A DNA stretch of 64,000 bases, taken from Marinilabiliaceae bacterium. Lineage in GTDB: Bacteria > Bacteroidota > Bacteroidia > Bacteroidales > Marinilabiliaceae. The notes under the pieces were generated by a model, which was given only the letters and a program-made list of their open reading frames with translations, did no database searches and was not told the origin of the DNA. Positions 29,899 to 38,768 of the stretch are shown in pieces. The DNA lies in the NCBI GenBank assembly GCA_037439945.1, contig JBBIVA010000004.1:1309-65308 (forward strand). Direction: 5' to 3'. Every line of letters begins with the position of its first letter. Position 1 is the stretch's first letter. Both the position numbers and the translations under genes were made by a program.

Positions 29899-30012
29899 AA
29901 ACAAGGTAAAAGGTAAAAGATAATAGAGAAAGAGAATAAATGTAAAATCAAATTGAACCTGATCATCTAAAATCTATAATGTATAAATAAACCCCTTAAA
30001 ATCAAATAAAAA

Positions 30013-31467
30013 ATGAAAGCATTATCAGACATTGGCCTAATTGGATTGGCGGTTATGGGTGAGAACCTGGTCCTTAATATGGAAAGCAAAGGTTTCCAGG
30101 TTTCTGTATTTAACCGTTCAACAGATAAAGTTGACAGTTTTATTGCCGGACGTGCCAAAGGAAAAAATATTAAAGGTACACATACCCTCAGGGAATTGGT
30201 TCAATCGCTTGAGAAACCACGGAAAGTAATGCTTATGATCAAAGCAGGAAAAGCTCTTGATGATAATATCGAAAGCCTTATACCCCTTCTTGAACCAGGC
30301 GATATTATTATTGATGGTGGTAATACACATTTCCCCGACACAAACAGGCGTACAACATACGTAGAAAGCCATGGTTTGCTATATATAGGAACGGGAGTAT
30401 CAGGTGGTGAAGAAGGAGCTCTTTTAGGCCCCTCAATTATGCCCGGGGGCTCACCAAAGGCATGGCCAATTGTTAAACCAATTTTTCAGGCAATATCAGC
30501 AAAAGTAAATGACGGGACACCATGCTGCGATTGGGTTGGAGAGAATGGTGCAGGTCACTTTGTTAAAATGGTCCACAACGGTATTGAGTATGGTGACATG
30601 CAGCTTATTAATGAAGCGTATCATGTTATGAAGGATATGCTCGGAATGTCAGGCAATGAAATGTATGAAACTTTCAAAGAGTGGAACGAAGGCCCGTTAG
30701 ACAGTTACCTGATTGAAATAACCAGGGACATTCTTGGATACAAGGATACTGATGGATCACCGCTTGTAGAAAAAATTCTTGATACGGCAGGGCAAAAAGG
30801 GACAGGAAAATGGACTGCCGTGTCGGCCCTTGACTTAGGTATTCCTTTAACACTTATCGGAGAAGCAGTTTTCTCACGTTGTCTCTCGGCCATTAAAGAT
30901 GAACGCGTTGCAGCATCCAAAGTAATTTCTGGCCCAAAACCATCGTTTAAAGGCGATAAAAAGCAATTTCTGAAAGACTTGCATGATGCACTTTATGCTT
31001 CAAAGGTAGTATCATATGCACAAGGTTATGCATTGATGGCAGCGGCCGCAAAAGAGTATGGCTGGAATCTAAATTATGGTGGTATTGCCCTTATGTGGCG
31101 CGGAGGATGTATCATTCGTTCGGTATTCCTTGGAAAGATAAAAGATGCATTTGATAAAAATCCAAATCTGACCAACCTGTTACTTGATCCGTTCTTTAAG
31201 GAAATTGTGGAAAAAGCACAGGCCGGATGGCGCAAAGTTGTTGCCGAGGCAGTCTTAAATGGAATTCCTGTACCGGCTTTCGCCACAGCCCTTAACTATT
31301 TCGACGGCTATAGAAGCGAAAGGCTGCCGGCTAACCTGCTTCAGGCACAACGTGATTATTTTGGTGCGCATACATATGAACGTATTGATAAACCACGGGG
31401 TGAATATTTCCATACAAACTGGACCGGAAGAGGAGGAACAACTGCATCGTCAACATATAATGTTTAA
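30013..31467 (+). CDS. gnd: NADP-dependent 6-phosphogluconate dehydrogenase (decarboxylating)
   Basis: 484 aa. IGLIGLAVMGENL, GAGHFVKMVHNGIEYGDMQLI and RDYFGAHTYER. Confidence 0.95.
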   Translation: MKALSDIGLIGLAVMGENLVLNMESKGFQVSVFNRSTDKVDSFIAGRAKGKNIKGTHTLRELVQSLEKPRKVMLMIKAGKALDDNIESLIPLLEPGDIIIDGGNTHFPDTNRRTTYVESHGLLYIGTGVSGGEEGALLGPSIMPGGSPKAWPIVKPIFQAISAKVNDGTPCCDWVGENGAGHFVKMVHNGIEYGDMQLINEAYHVMKDMLGMSGNEMYETFKEWNEGPLDSYLIEITRDILGYKDTDGSPLVEKILDTAGQKGTGKWTAVSALDLGIPLTLIGEAVFSRCLSAIKDERVAASKVISGPKPSFKGDKKQFLKDLHDALYASKVVSYAQGYALMAAAAKEYGWNLNYGGIALMWRGGCIIRSVFLGKIKDAFDKNPNLTNLLLDPFFKEIVEKAQAGWRKVVAEAVLNGIPVPAFATALNYFDGYRSERLPANLLQAQRDYFGAHTYERIDKPRGEYFHTNWTGRGGTTASSTYNV

Positions 31468-31473
31468 TTTTAT

Positions 31474-31517
31474 AAGTCTCAGAGTGCCTTGTGTAACTCT
31501 GAGACTACCCTTTTTTA
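31474..31517 (+). terminator. intrinsic terminator after gnd
   Basis: 11-bp arms AGTCTCAGAGT and ACTCTGAGACT, followed by CCCTTTTTT. Confidence 0.75.
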
Positions 31518-31579
31518 ATACGAAATACAAATAATCAATATCAACCAGTTTAAATAATCATAATTTAACGCCCATCCAA

Positions 31580-32611
31580 ATGAATAATAAATTGATTGCT
31601 TTGTTTGTTTTGGTTGCACTGTTAAGCAGTTGCGGACTAAAACACGATGTAAAGATCCTTAAACTTGGGCACACCCTCGATACAAAACACTCGGTGCATG
31701 TGGCTATGGAATTTATGGCAAAAAGAGCCAATGAGTTGTCCGGCGGAAAACTTGAGATTCAGATTTATCCCGGTGGTGTTTTGGGTTCGGAGAGAGAAAG
31801 CCTTGAGTTACTTCAGCTTGGCAGTTTAGACCTCACGAAAGTTTCAGCTGCGGCCATGGAAGGTTTTGTGGAAGAATATAAAGTTTTTGGATTGCCATAT
31901 ATTTTTAGCGACAAGCAACACTGTTACAATGTTTTGGATGGACCTATAGGAGAAGAAATGCTGGCCAAAGGAGATAAATTCTGGTTAAGGGGCCTGTGTT
32001 TTTACGATGCAGGAGCCCGAAGTTTCTATTCATCGGTTCCCCTTAATACTCCAAATGATTTAAAAGGAAAAAAAATCAGGGTAATGCAAAGCATTACTGC
32101 AGTGGAAATGATACGGGCAATGGGCGGGGCCCCAACACCAATAGCCTGGGGTGAGCTTTATACAGCTCTACAGGGTGGTGTAGTTGACGGTGCCGAAAAC
32201 AATCCTCCAAGTTTTTATTTATCGAGGCACTATGAAGTATGTAAATATTATATTCTTAATGAGCATACTATGATTCCGGATGTAATGATTGTTAGCACAC
32301 ATGCCTGGAATAAGCTTAATGATGATGAAAAAAAGTGGCTTCAGCAGGCTGCTGATGAATCAGTAGTGGTTCAAAGAAAGGAATGGAAAAAGTCGGAAGA
32401 AGAAGCCCTTGCTGCGGTGAAAGAAGCCGGTGTAACGGTAGTTTACCCCGATAAAACCCCTTTTATGGCTCCTGTAGAAGGCGTATTTGACCTTTATAAG
32501 TCAAACCCAAAAGTTTATGACCTCATAAAACAGATTAAGGCCCTTAAAACGGGTACAGCAATACCCGATTCAATTAAACAGGGGAATCAAACCACTGGCC
32601 AAATAAATTAG
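31580..32611 (+). CDS. dctP: TRAP transporter substrate-binding lipoprotein
   Basis: 343 aa with lipobox LLSSC, followed by small and large TRAP permease genes. Confidence 0.9.
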   Translation: MNNKLIALFVLVALLSSCGLKHDVKILKLGHTLDTKHSVHVAMEFMAKRANELSGGKLEIQIYPGGVLGSERESLELLQLGSLDLTKVSAAAMEGFVEEYKVFGLPYIFSDKQHCYNVLDGPIGEEMLAKGDKFWLRGLCFYDAGARSFYSSVPLNTPNDLKGKKIRVMQSITAVEMIRAMGGAPTPIAWGELYTALQGGVVDGAENNPPSFYLSRHYEVCKYYILNEHTMIPDVMIVSTHAWNKLNDDEKKWLQQAADESVVVQRKEWKKSEEEALAAVKEAGVTVVYPDKTPFMAPVEGVFDLYKSNPKVYDLIKQIKALKTGTAIPDSIKQGNQTTGQIN

Positions 32612-32657
32612 AAATAACTAAACCCGCTATAAACAATATAGTAATAAACTCTTAATT

Positions 32658-33143
32658 ATGAAATTCAGAGAAAAAATTGACAGAATACTCGAAATTTTTC
32701 TTATAATAATAATGAGTACTCTGGTAATTGATGTAGTTTGGCAGGTAGCAAGTCGCTACATATTTGCCAATCCAAGTTCTTTCACCGATGAACTGGCAGG
32801 ATTTCTGCTAATTTGGGTAGGTATGGCCGGTGCTGCCTATGTTAAAGGCAAAAATGAACACCTGGCAATAGATATTCTCCATAGTAAACTCTCACCGCAA
32901 AACAGGGCCCGTTTGCTCATATTTATCAATTCCCTTATAGTTATATTCTGTATATCAATTATGATAATAGGGGGAATATGGCTGGTTTATACCCGTTTTG
33001 TTTTGGGACAGATATCTGCAGCTTTACAAATTCCAATTGGTTATGTTTACATGATTGTTCCCATAACCGGAATATTAATGACATATTATGCCATTGATGA
33101 TATAAAATTATTTTTCCAAGAGTTAAAATCCTTAAACCAATAA
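32658..33143 (+). CDS. dctQ: TRAP transporter small permease
   Basis: 161 aa with four TM segments, located between dctP and dctM. Confidence 0.85.
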   Translation: MKFREKIDRILEIFLIIIMSTLVIDVVWQVASRYIFANPSSFTDELAGFLLIWVGMAGAAYVKGKNEHLAIDILHSKLSPQNRARLLIFINSLIVIFCISIMIIGGIWLVYTRFVLGQISAALQIPIGYVYMIVPITGILMTYYAIDDIKLFFQELKSLNQ

Positions 33144-33147
33144 TGCC

Positions 33148-34452
33148 ATGGAGCTCGATATATTAGGAATTCTGGTTCTCGTTTTATCTTTTCTTTTCTT
33201 TCTGGTAATTGGTGTTCCGGTTGCCTATAGTATAGGTTTATCCGCAGTTGCCACCATGTTGGTCAGTTTTGATGCCTTACCTGCTTATTCAACCCTGGCT
33301 CAACGGATGGCCACCAGTCTTGACAGTTTTTCACTTTTAGCCATACCCTTTTTTATTCTCGCCGGGCAGCTGATGAACTCAGGGGGAATTGCCATACGAC
33401 TTATTGAATTTGCAAAAGTAATGGTGGGACGCCTTCCTGGCGGGTTAGCCTTTGTAAATGTTACGGCAAATATGTTGTTTGGGGCAATTTCAGGGTCCGC
33501 CGCAGCATCGGCATCGGCAATTGGTTCAATAATGGGCCCCCAAATGAAAAAAGAGGGATATGAAGAAAATTTCTCTGCAGCAATAAACATTACATCTGCA
33601 ACAACAGGCTTAGCAATTCCGCCAAGTAATATTCTGATAGTTTATTCGCTTGCAAGTGGTGGGGTTTCAATTGCAGCATTATTTCTGGCCGGTTATCTTC
33701 CGGGCATTTTAACAGGTATTGCCCTAATGATTGTAGGCGGGGTTTATGCTTACAGAAAAAAATATCCGGTTGGACAATCTGTTACATTGAAATTTGCAAC
33801 CAAAAAATTTCTTGATGCAATTCCGAGCCTTTTACTTCTTTTAATTGTAATTGGTGGTATTGTAGCCGGCTTTTTTACCGCTACCGAAGCTTCAGCAATT
33901 GCTGTTGTTTATTGTCTTGTACTCGCATTTGTTTACAAGGAGGTAAAAATGAAAAACCTACCGGCAATAATTGTAAACACAGTTAAAACCACCGGAATTG
34001 TTATGTTGCTTATTGCAACATCCATGGGGTTATCATGGGTTATGTCATTCGAAAATATTCCACAAACTGTAAGCGATGGCCTTTTATCGGTTTCATCAAA
34101 CCCGTTTATGATTTTACTTATGATTAACCTTATATTGTTATTTGTTGGTATATTTATGGATATGACACCGGCAGTACTGATTTTTACCCCCATATTTCTG
34201 CCCATAGTAACATCACAACTGGGACTGGATCCTATTCATTTTGGAATAATAATGATTCTTAACCTAAATGTGGGGTTATGCACACCACCGGTTGGATCAG
34301 TATTATTCATCGGATGCAGCGTAGCAAAACTTAAAATTCAGGATGTTGTAAAACCTATGATCCCGTTTTTTATTGCCATGATAGTTATTCTGTTATTAAT
34401 AACGTACATACCATCAATCAGTTTGGTTGTCCCAAGGATGTTTGGGTTCTAA
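33148..34452 (+). CDS. dctM: TRAP transporter large permease
   Basis: 434 aa polytopic protein. LLAIPFFILAGQLMN and FGAISGSAAA motifs. Confidence 0.9.
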   Translation: MELDILGILVLVLSFLFFLVIGVPVAYSIGLSAVATMLVSFDALPAYSTLAQRMATSLDSFSLLAIPFFILAGQLMNSGGIAIRLIEFAKVMVGRLPGGLAFVNVTANMLFGAISGSAAASASAIGSIMGPQMKKEGYEENFSAAINITSATTGLAIPPSNILIVYSLASGGVSIAALFLAGYLPGILTGIALMIVGGVYAYRKKYPVGQSVTLKFATKKFLDAIPSLLLLLIVIGGIVAGFFTATEASAIAVVYCLVLAFVYKEVKMKNLPAIIVNTVKTTGIVMLLIATSMGLSWVMSFENIPQTVSDGLLSVSSNPFMILLMINLILLFVGIFMDMTPAVLIFTPIFLPIVTSQLGLDPIHFGIIMILNLNVGLCTPPVGSVLFIGCSVAKLKIQDVVKPMIPFFIAMIVILLLITYIPSISLVVPRMFGF

Positions 34453-34529
34453 ACAGGATCAAATTCCTGCATAAAGAATGGCATTTGCAGATTGAAATTA
34501 ACTTGCAAATGCCCTTCAAATAATATAAA

Positions 34530-34706
34530 ATGAAACGAACATGTTTACGAAAAACTTAACTTTTACAACTGGTGAACAGGTTTCTCACCTATTTTCGGGA
34601 AACAACATTGATTCGAAAATAGATGATGTAAAAATTGTGAACATGAAGTTCATCCGGCAAACCGGATCAAGCTATCCGGCTTTAAAATAAAAATTATTTA
34701 CGGATG
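34530..34706 (+). repeat. family-1 dispersed repeat, divergent copy ending on the LacI start codon
   Basis: Starts ATGAAACGAACATGTTTACGAAAAAC and ends AGCTATCCGGCTTTAAAATAAAAATTATTTACGGATG, where ATG is 34704. Confidence 0.7.
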
Positions 34707-35750
34707 AAACAAGTCAGAATTAAAGATATTGCAATTAAAGCCGGGGTTTCAATTGGAACTGTTGACAGGGTTTTACATGACAGGGGTGAAGTTGCTGCCG
34801 AAACCCGGGAGAAAGTTTTAACTATGGCCCGGGAAATGCACTATCAGCCAAACATTGTAGCACAGGCGCTTACATCAAAAAAACAATATAACCTTGCCGC
34901 TTTATTACCACGCGGCGGCGATGATAATGTTTACTGGATGTTACATCCACAGGGAATTGAAAAGGCGGTAAAGGAACTACAGCCATTCCAGGTTGATGTA
35001 AGGTTCTTTTTCTTTGAGTTGCATAATGGGCCAGATTTCCTGAAAAAAACAGAAGAAATACTTGAATATAACCCTGAAGGGGTAATTTTTGCACCTATAC
35101 TAAAGAAAGAGTCTTTAAGGTTTTGCGATGGGTTGGATCAGGCAAATATTCCATATATTTTTATAGACACATTCATTGAAAATACCCAATGCCTTGCTTT
35201 CATAGGTGAGGATGCCTATCAGGGCGGGCGCGTTGCTGCAAGCCTTATTGATTATGGCTTAAACACCTTAAAAGATATTTTGATTGTAAACATTGCAAAA
35301 GATTTGGAAAATACCCAACACCTCAATGCCAGGAACCAAGGTTTTATGAGTTTCTTTTTAGATGCCGGAAAAAATATGGGGATGAAAATTACCGTTGAAA
35401 TTCCCTCAGCTGAAAGCAGTGAAGTTGAAAAACGAATGGACTTTATCCTTAATAACAACAAAAATATTGGGGCTGTTTTGGTTTCAAGTGCAAAAACACA
35501 TGTTATAGCCCGGTATATTGAAAAAAAGAAACTTAAAGATATTACCCTTGTTGGATATGAAGTAACACGTAAAAATGTAGATTATCTCAAAAAGGGTATA
35601 ATTCAATTCCTTATCGGTCAAAAACCAAAGGAGCAGGCCGGTAAAGCTGTAAAAAAGATGTTTGACTACCTTACAGCACGAAAACTGCCGGTAAAAAGAG
35701 AATACCAACCGGTTGAAATCATTAATGTTGAAAATGTAGATCTTTTTTAA
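34704..35750 (+). CDS. LacI family transcriptional regulator
   Basis: 348 aa with N-terminal HTH VRIKDIAIKAGVSIGTVDRVLH. Confidence 0.9.
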   Translation: MKQVRIKDIAIKAGVSIGTVDRVLHDRGEVAAETREKVLTMAREMHYQPNIVAQALTSKKQYNLAALLPRGGDDNVYWMLHPQGIEKAVKELQPFQVDVRFFFFELHNGPDFLKKTEEILEYNPEGVIFAPILKKESLRFCDGLDQANIPYIFIDTFIENTQCLAFIGEDAYQGGRVAASLIDYGLNTLKDILIVNIAKDLENTQHLNARNQGFMSFFLDAGKNMGMKITVEIPSAESSEVEKRMDFILNNNKNIGAVLVSSAKTHVIARYIEKKKLKDITLVGYEVTRKNVDYLKKGIIQFLIGQKPKEQAGKAVKKMFDYLTARKLPVKREYQPVEIINVENVDLF

Positions 35751-35852
35751 CCGGAGATAAAATTGTGGGTATGCAAATATATCAAAATGAACACAAAGTT
35801 TCAATTACATGGTTTCGGCGCTTAAAAAAAACTACCGAATAAAAACTTTAAT

Positions 35853-37103
35853 ATGAAAAAACTTTCAAAATACTCAATTGGGATGGGCGACAGATTTGCC
35901 CATCAGGCAAAATGGCAGTTAAAAGCCGTTATCGATGCCGAAAAAAAAGGGTTCAGTATAACCCCTGTGTGGAATAAATCAAACCGGGAACATACATTTA
36001 TTGGGAGTAAACCCGAAGATACAAGAAATGCTGTTGAAGTAGCTGTTAAAACATCAAACTGGAACAAACCATATTTTGTTGATGCCGACCACATTAACCT
36101 GGATACGGTTGATAAATTCATGGCCGGTTCAGATTTCTTCACCATAGATGTGGCTTCATACATTGGTAAACAAGGTGATTGTGCTGAAGTAAATTCATTC
36201 ATTGAAAAAATGAAGCCATATATTGGTACCTTTAACATCCCCGGGATTTCCAAACCATTTAACATTACTGAGGACAAACTGAAAGAAATTGCCGACCAGT
36301 TTTTTTATGCAGCCTGCATGGCCGGCGAAACATATAAAAAAATTGTTGCAGCTAAAGGTGAAGGAAATTTCATAACCGAGGTTTCAATGGATGAAGTACC
36401 AAATCCACAAACCCCTGTTGAACTGTTTTTCATTTTAGCTATGCTGGCCCATTATAAGGTTCCGGCACAAACTATCGCACCCAAATTTACAGGCAGGTTT
36501 AATAAAGGTGTTGATTATGTTGGCAATACCAAAGCTTTTGCCGAAGAGTTTGAATCAAGTCTTTTAGTTATTGACTTTGCTATAGAAAAATTCGGTTTAC
36601 CATCTGAATTAAAAATGAGTATTCATTCTGGTTCAGACAAATTCAGTATTTATGAACCAATTCGCGACCTGACCCAAAAGTATGGTAAAGGTTTTCACCT
36701 AAAAACAGCGGGTACTACATGGCTTGAAGAAGTAATAGGGTTGGCGCTGGCCGGTGGTGAGGCTCTCGATTTCGCAAAGGATATTTATGCAAGAGCCCTT
36801 CAAAATGTTGAAAAACTTTGTGCTCCTTATGCTGATGTTATTGATATTGATGAATCAAAACTACCATCTGCCGAAACTGTTAAAACCTGGAGCAATGAGG
36901 ATTTGGCAAATGCATTGCGTCATATTCCAGGGCATTCACAATACAACCCAAATATGCGTCAATTAGTGCATGTGGCATTTAAACTGGCTGCCGAAAAAAT
37001 TGATAAGTATAATGAACTTCTCGAAAAACATGAAGAGATTGTTGGACAATGCGTTTATGACAATATTTATGAAAGGCATTTAAAAAGGTTGCTTAATCTA
37101 TAA
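35853..37103 (+). CDS. uxaE: tagaturonate/fructuronate epimerase family protein
   Basis: 416 aa. FVDADHI, SIHSGSDKFSIY, HLKTAGTTWLEE and RQLVHVAF match Thermotoga UxaE blocks (SLHSGSDKFSVY, HVKTAGTSYLEA, RQLIHVTYG). Confidence 0.85.
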   Translation: MKKLSKYSIGMGDRFAHQAKWQLKAVIDAEKKGFSITPVWNKSNREHTFIGSKPEDTRNAVEVAVKTSNWNKPYFVDADHINLDTVDKFMAGSDFFTIDVASYIGKQGDCAEVNSFIEKMKPYIGTFNIPGISKPFNITEDKLKEIADQFFYAACMAGETYKKIVAAKGEGNFITEVSMDEVPNPQTPVELFFILAMLAHYKVPAQTIAPKFTGRFNKGVDYVGNTKAFAEEFESSLLVIDFAIEKFGLPSELKMSIHSGSDKFSIYEPIRDLTQKYGKGFHLKTAGTTWLEEVIGLALAGGEALDFAKDIYARALQNVEKLCAPYADVIDIDESKLPSAETVKTWSNEDLANALRHIPGHSQYNPNMRQLVHVAFKLAAEKIDKYNELLEKHEEIVGQCVYDNIYERHLKRLLNL

Positions 37104-37121
37104 TTGCTTAAACAGTAAACT

Positions 37122-37157
37122 AAAAAAGGGCTTCACCGATTTGTGAGCCTTTTTTTA
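37122..37157. terminator. bidirectional terminator between convergent uxaE and GH28
   Basis: A6-GGGCTTCAC...GTGAGCC-T7, with an A run upstream and a T run downstream. Confidence 0.65.
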
Positions 37158-37192
37158 AACCTTTTATACATAATATAACCTGTTACAGTAGA

Positions 37193-38560
37193 TTACTTCG
37201 CCCAGGAAGGGGGTTCAGCCTGTCCGCCAATGGATACATCCTCCAGAATTATATTTCGGGCATCCTGCAAATCAAAGGCTATACCAGCTTTTAAGATTGA
37301 AATATTCTTGAAAAATATATTCTCAATTTTCTTCTCTGAGAAACCATGTATTACTATACCTCCAGCTGTAGCTTCATTGCATACCACATCCTCCACAAAA
37401 ATTTTATGAATAGTGGTAACATTTCCTTTTCCTTCCTTATGGTAAAATGATGTTATAAAAAAGCAGTCCTCAACTTTATCAAGCTTAACATTTTTAAAGA
37501 ATATATTTGAAATTTCTCCGCCCCTGTCGGGATTCGATTTTATATAAAGTCCTCTTTTCAAATATCCTGTGGCATGGCAATTTTCAACAAATATGTTGTG
37601 AACTCCAGCAGACATTTCACTCCCAATAACAATCCCATGCAGCCCTAATAACTTACAATTTCGTATAATAATATTGCGCGAACTCCTGCCAATTGTTCGT
37701 CCTTCTAAATCACGCCCTGCCTTAATTGCCACATTATCATCTGCATTATTAAAAATCACATCTTCAATCAATATATCTTCAGAATATTCAGGATCTATCC
37801 CATCATTGTTTTTGTTTTGAGCATCGAATTCAATACCACGTACAGTAGCATTTTTACACATAAGAAGATGCACACACCAAAATGGTGAATCTTCAATTTT
37901 TACACCTTCAATTAAAATATTTTCGCACTCGTAAAATTGAATCAAATGTGGACGCAGGAAGTGCCCTTCACCAAAAATCCTTTGCTCAACCGGAACATTT
38001 GAATTGTTCATTTTCCTGCTCAATAACTGATCATCCCTTTGCTTGTCCCTCCAAAGCTGCCAGGTTTGCGATGCCTCTCCATCAATTATGCCTTTACCGG
38101 TAATTGCAATATTTTTACAATTATGGGCGTAAATAAATGGGCTGTAATTAAATAACAAGGTGCCTTCCCAACTAGTAGCCACAACCGGCAGATATCCTGA
38201 AGGTTCACCAGAGAATTTTAACACTGCTCCTTCACTCAAATGAAGTTCGGTATTACCTGTAAAATGTATTGGCCCTTCCATTCGGTATACACCCGGAGGT
38301 ACAATAATTCTTCCTCCACCTGCATCTTTTATCGCTGCCATTGCTTTATCGAAAGCTGGTTTACAGTTGGAAACTGAATCCCCCCTTGCTCCAAAATCTG
38401 TTATAAGGAAGAAATTATCAGGGAAAACCGGAACTTTAATACGAGAAAGAATTTCTTCCTTTGAATCAAAGGATACTTTCTTTTTACTTTGTTTAACACA
38501 CCCAATAAAGGGCACTATGGCAACAATTAAAAATGCAACAAATATTTTCTTATTGTTCAT
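37193..38560 (-). CDS. glycoside hydrolase family 28 (polygalacturonase-like)
   Basis: 455 aa. NNDGIDPE, DDNVAIKAGRD, GLHGIVIGSE and RGLYIKS motifs. Signal/lipoprotein N-terminus. Confidence 0.9.
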   Translation of the reverse strand: MNNKKIFVAFLIVAIVPFIGCVKQSKKKVSFDSKEEILSRIKVPVFPDNFFLITDFGARGDSVSNCKPAFDKAMAAIKDAGGGRIIVPPGVYRMEGPIHFTGNTELHLSEGAVLKFSGEPSGYLPVVATSWEGTLLFNYSPFIYAHNCKNIAITGKGIIDGEASQTWQLWRDKQRDDQLLSRKMNNSNVPVEQRIFGEGHFLRPHLIQFYECENILIEGVKIEDSPFWCVHLLMCKNATVRGIEFDAQNKNNDGIDPEYSEDILIEDVIFNNADDNVAIKAGRDLEGRTIGRSSRNIIIRNCKLLGLHGIVIGSEMSAGVHNIFVENCHATGYLKRGLYIKSNPDRGGEISNIFFKNVKLDKVEDCFFITSFYHKEGKGNVTTIHKIFVEDVVCNEATAGGIVIHGFSEKKIENIFFKNISILKAGIAFDLQDARNIILEDVSIGGQAEPPSWAK

Positions 38561-38599
38561 TGTTGTTAATTATTATCCGTTAAACCTAAAGCTTTTTAA

Positions 38600-38765
38600 A
38601 CCCTGTTTAGAAAAGCTTTATTTGTAAGCATTTATGATTACAAATATTTAGTTTTTTAAAGCGATCTGTCAAATAAAAAATCACACAATCAATACATTAA
38701 AATAGTAATTTTTAATGATGGCTATTAGAAAAACCGGCTAAAGACAAATTTGGGTTAAAATACGG
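38600..38765 (-). repeat. family-2 duplicated upstream region (copy X1, 5' of GH28)
   Basis: Shares the blocks GTAAGCATTTATGATTACAAATATTTAGTTTT and AAAACCGGCTAAAGACAAATTTGGGTTAAAA with 40228-40260 and 40336-40367. Confidence 0.7.
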
Positions 38766-38768
38766 GTG

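Noticed and set aside
34530-34706. Family-1 repeat as a riboswitch or gene-specific leader
   Set aside because: The same element precedes functionally unrelated genes (cyclophilin, GH105, LacI, biotin carrier) and also occurs without any downstream gene. That argues against a metabolite-specific cis-regulator.
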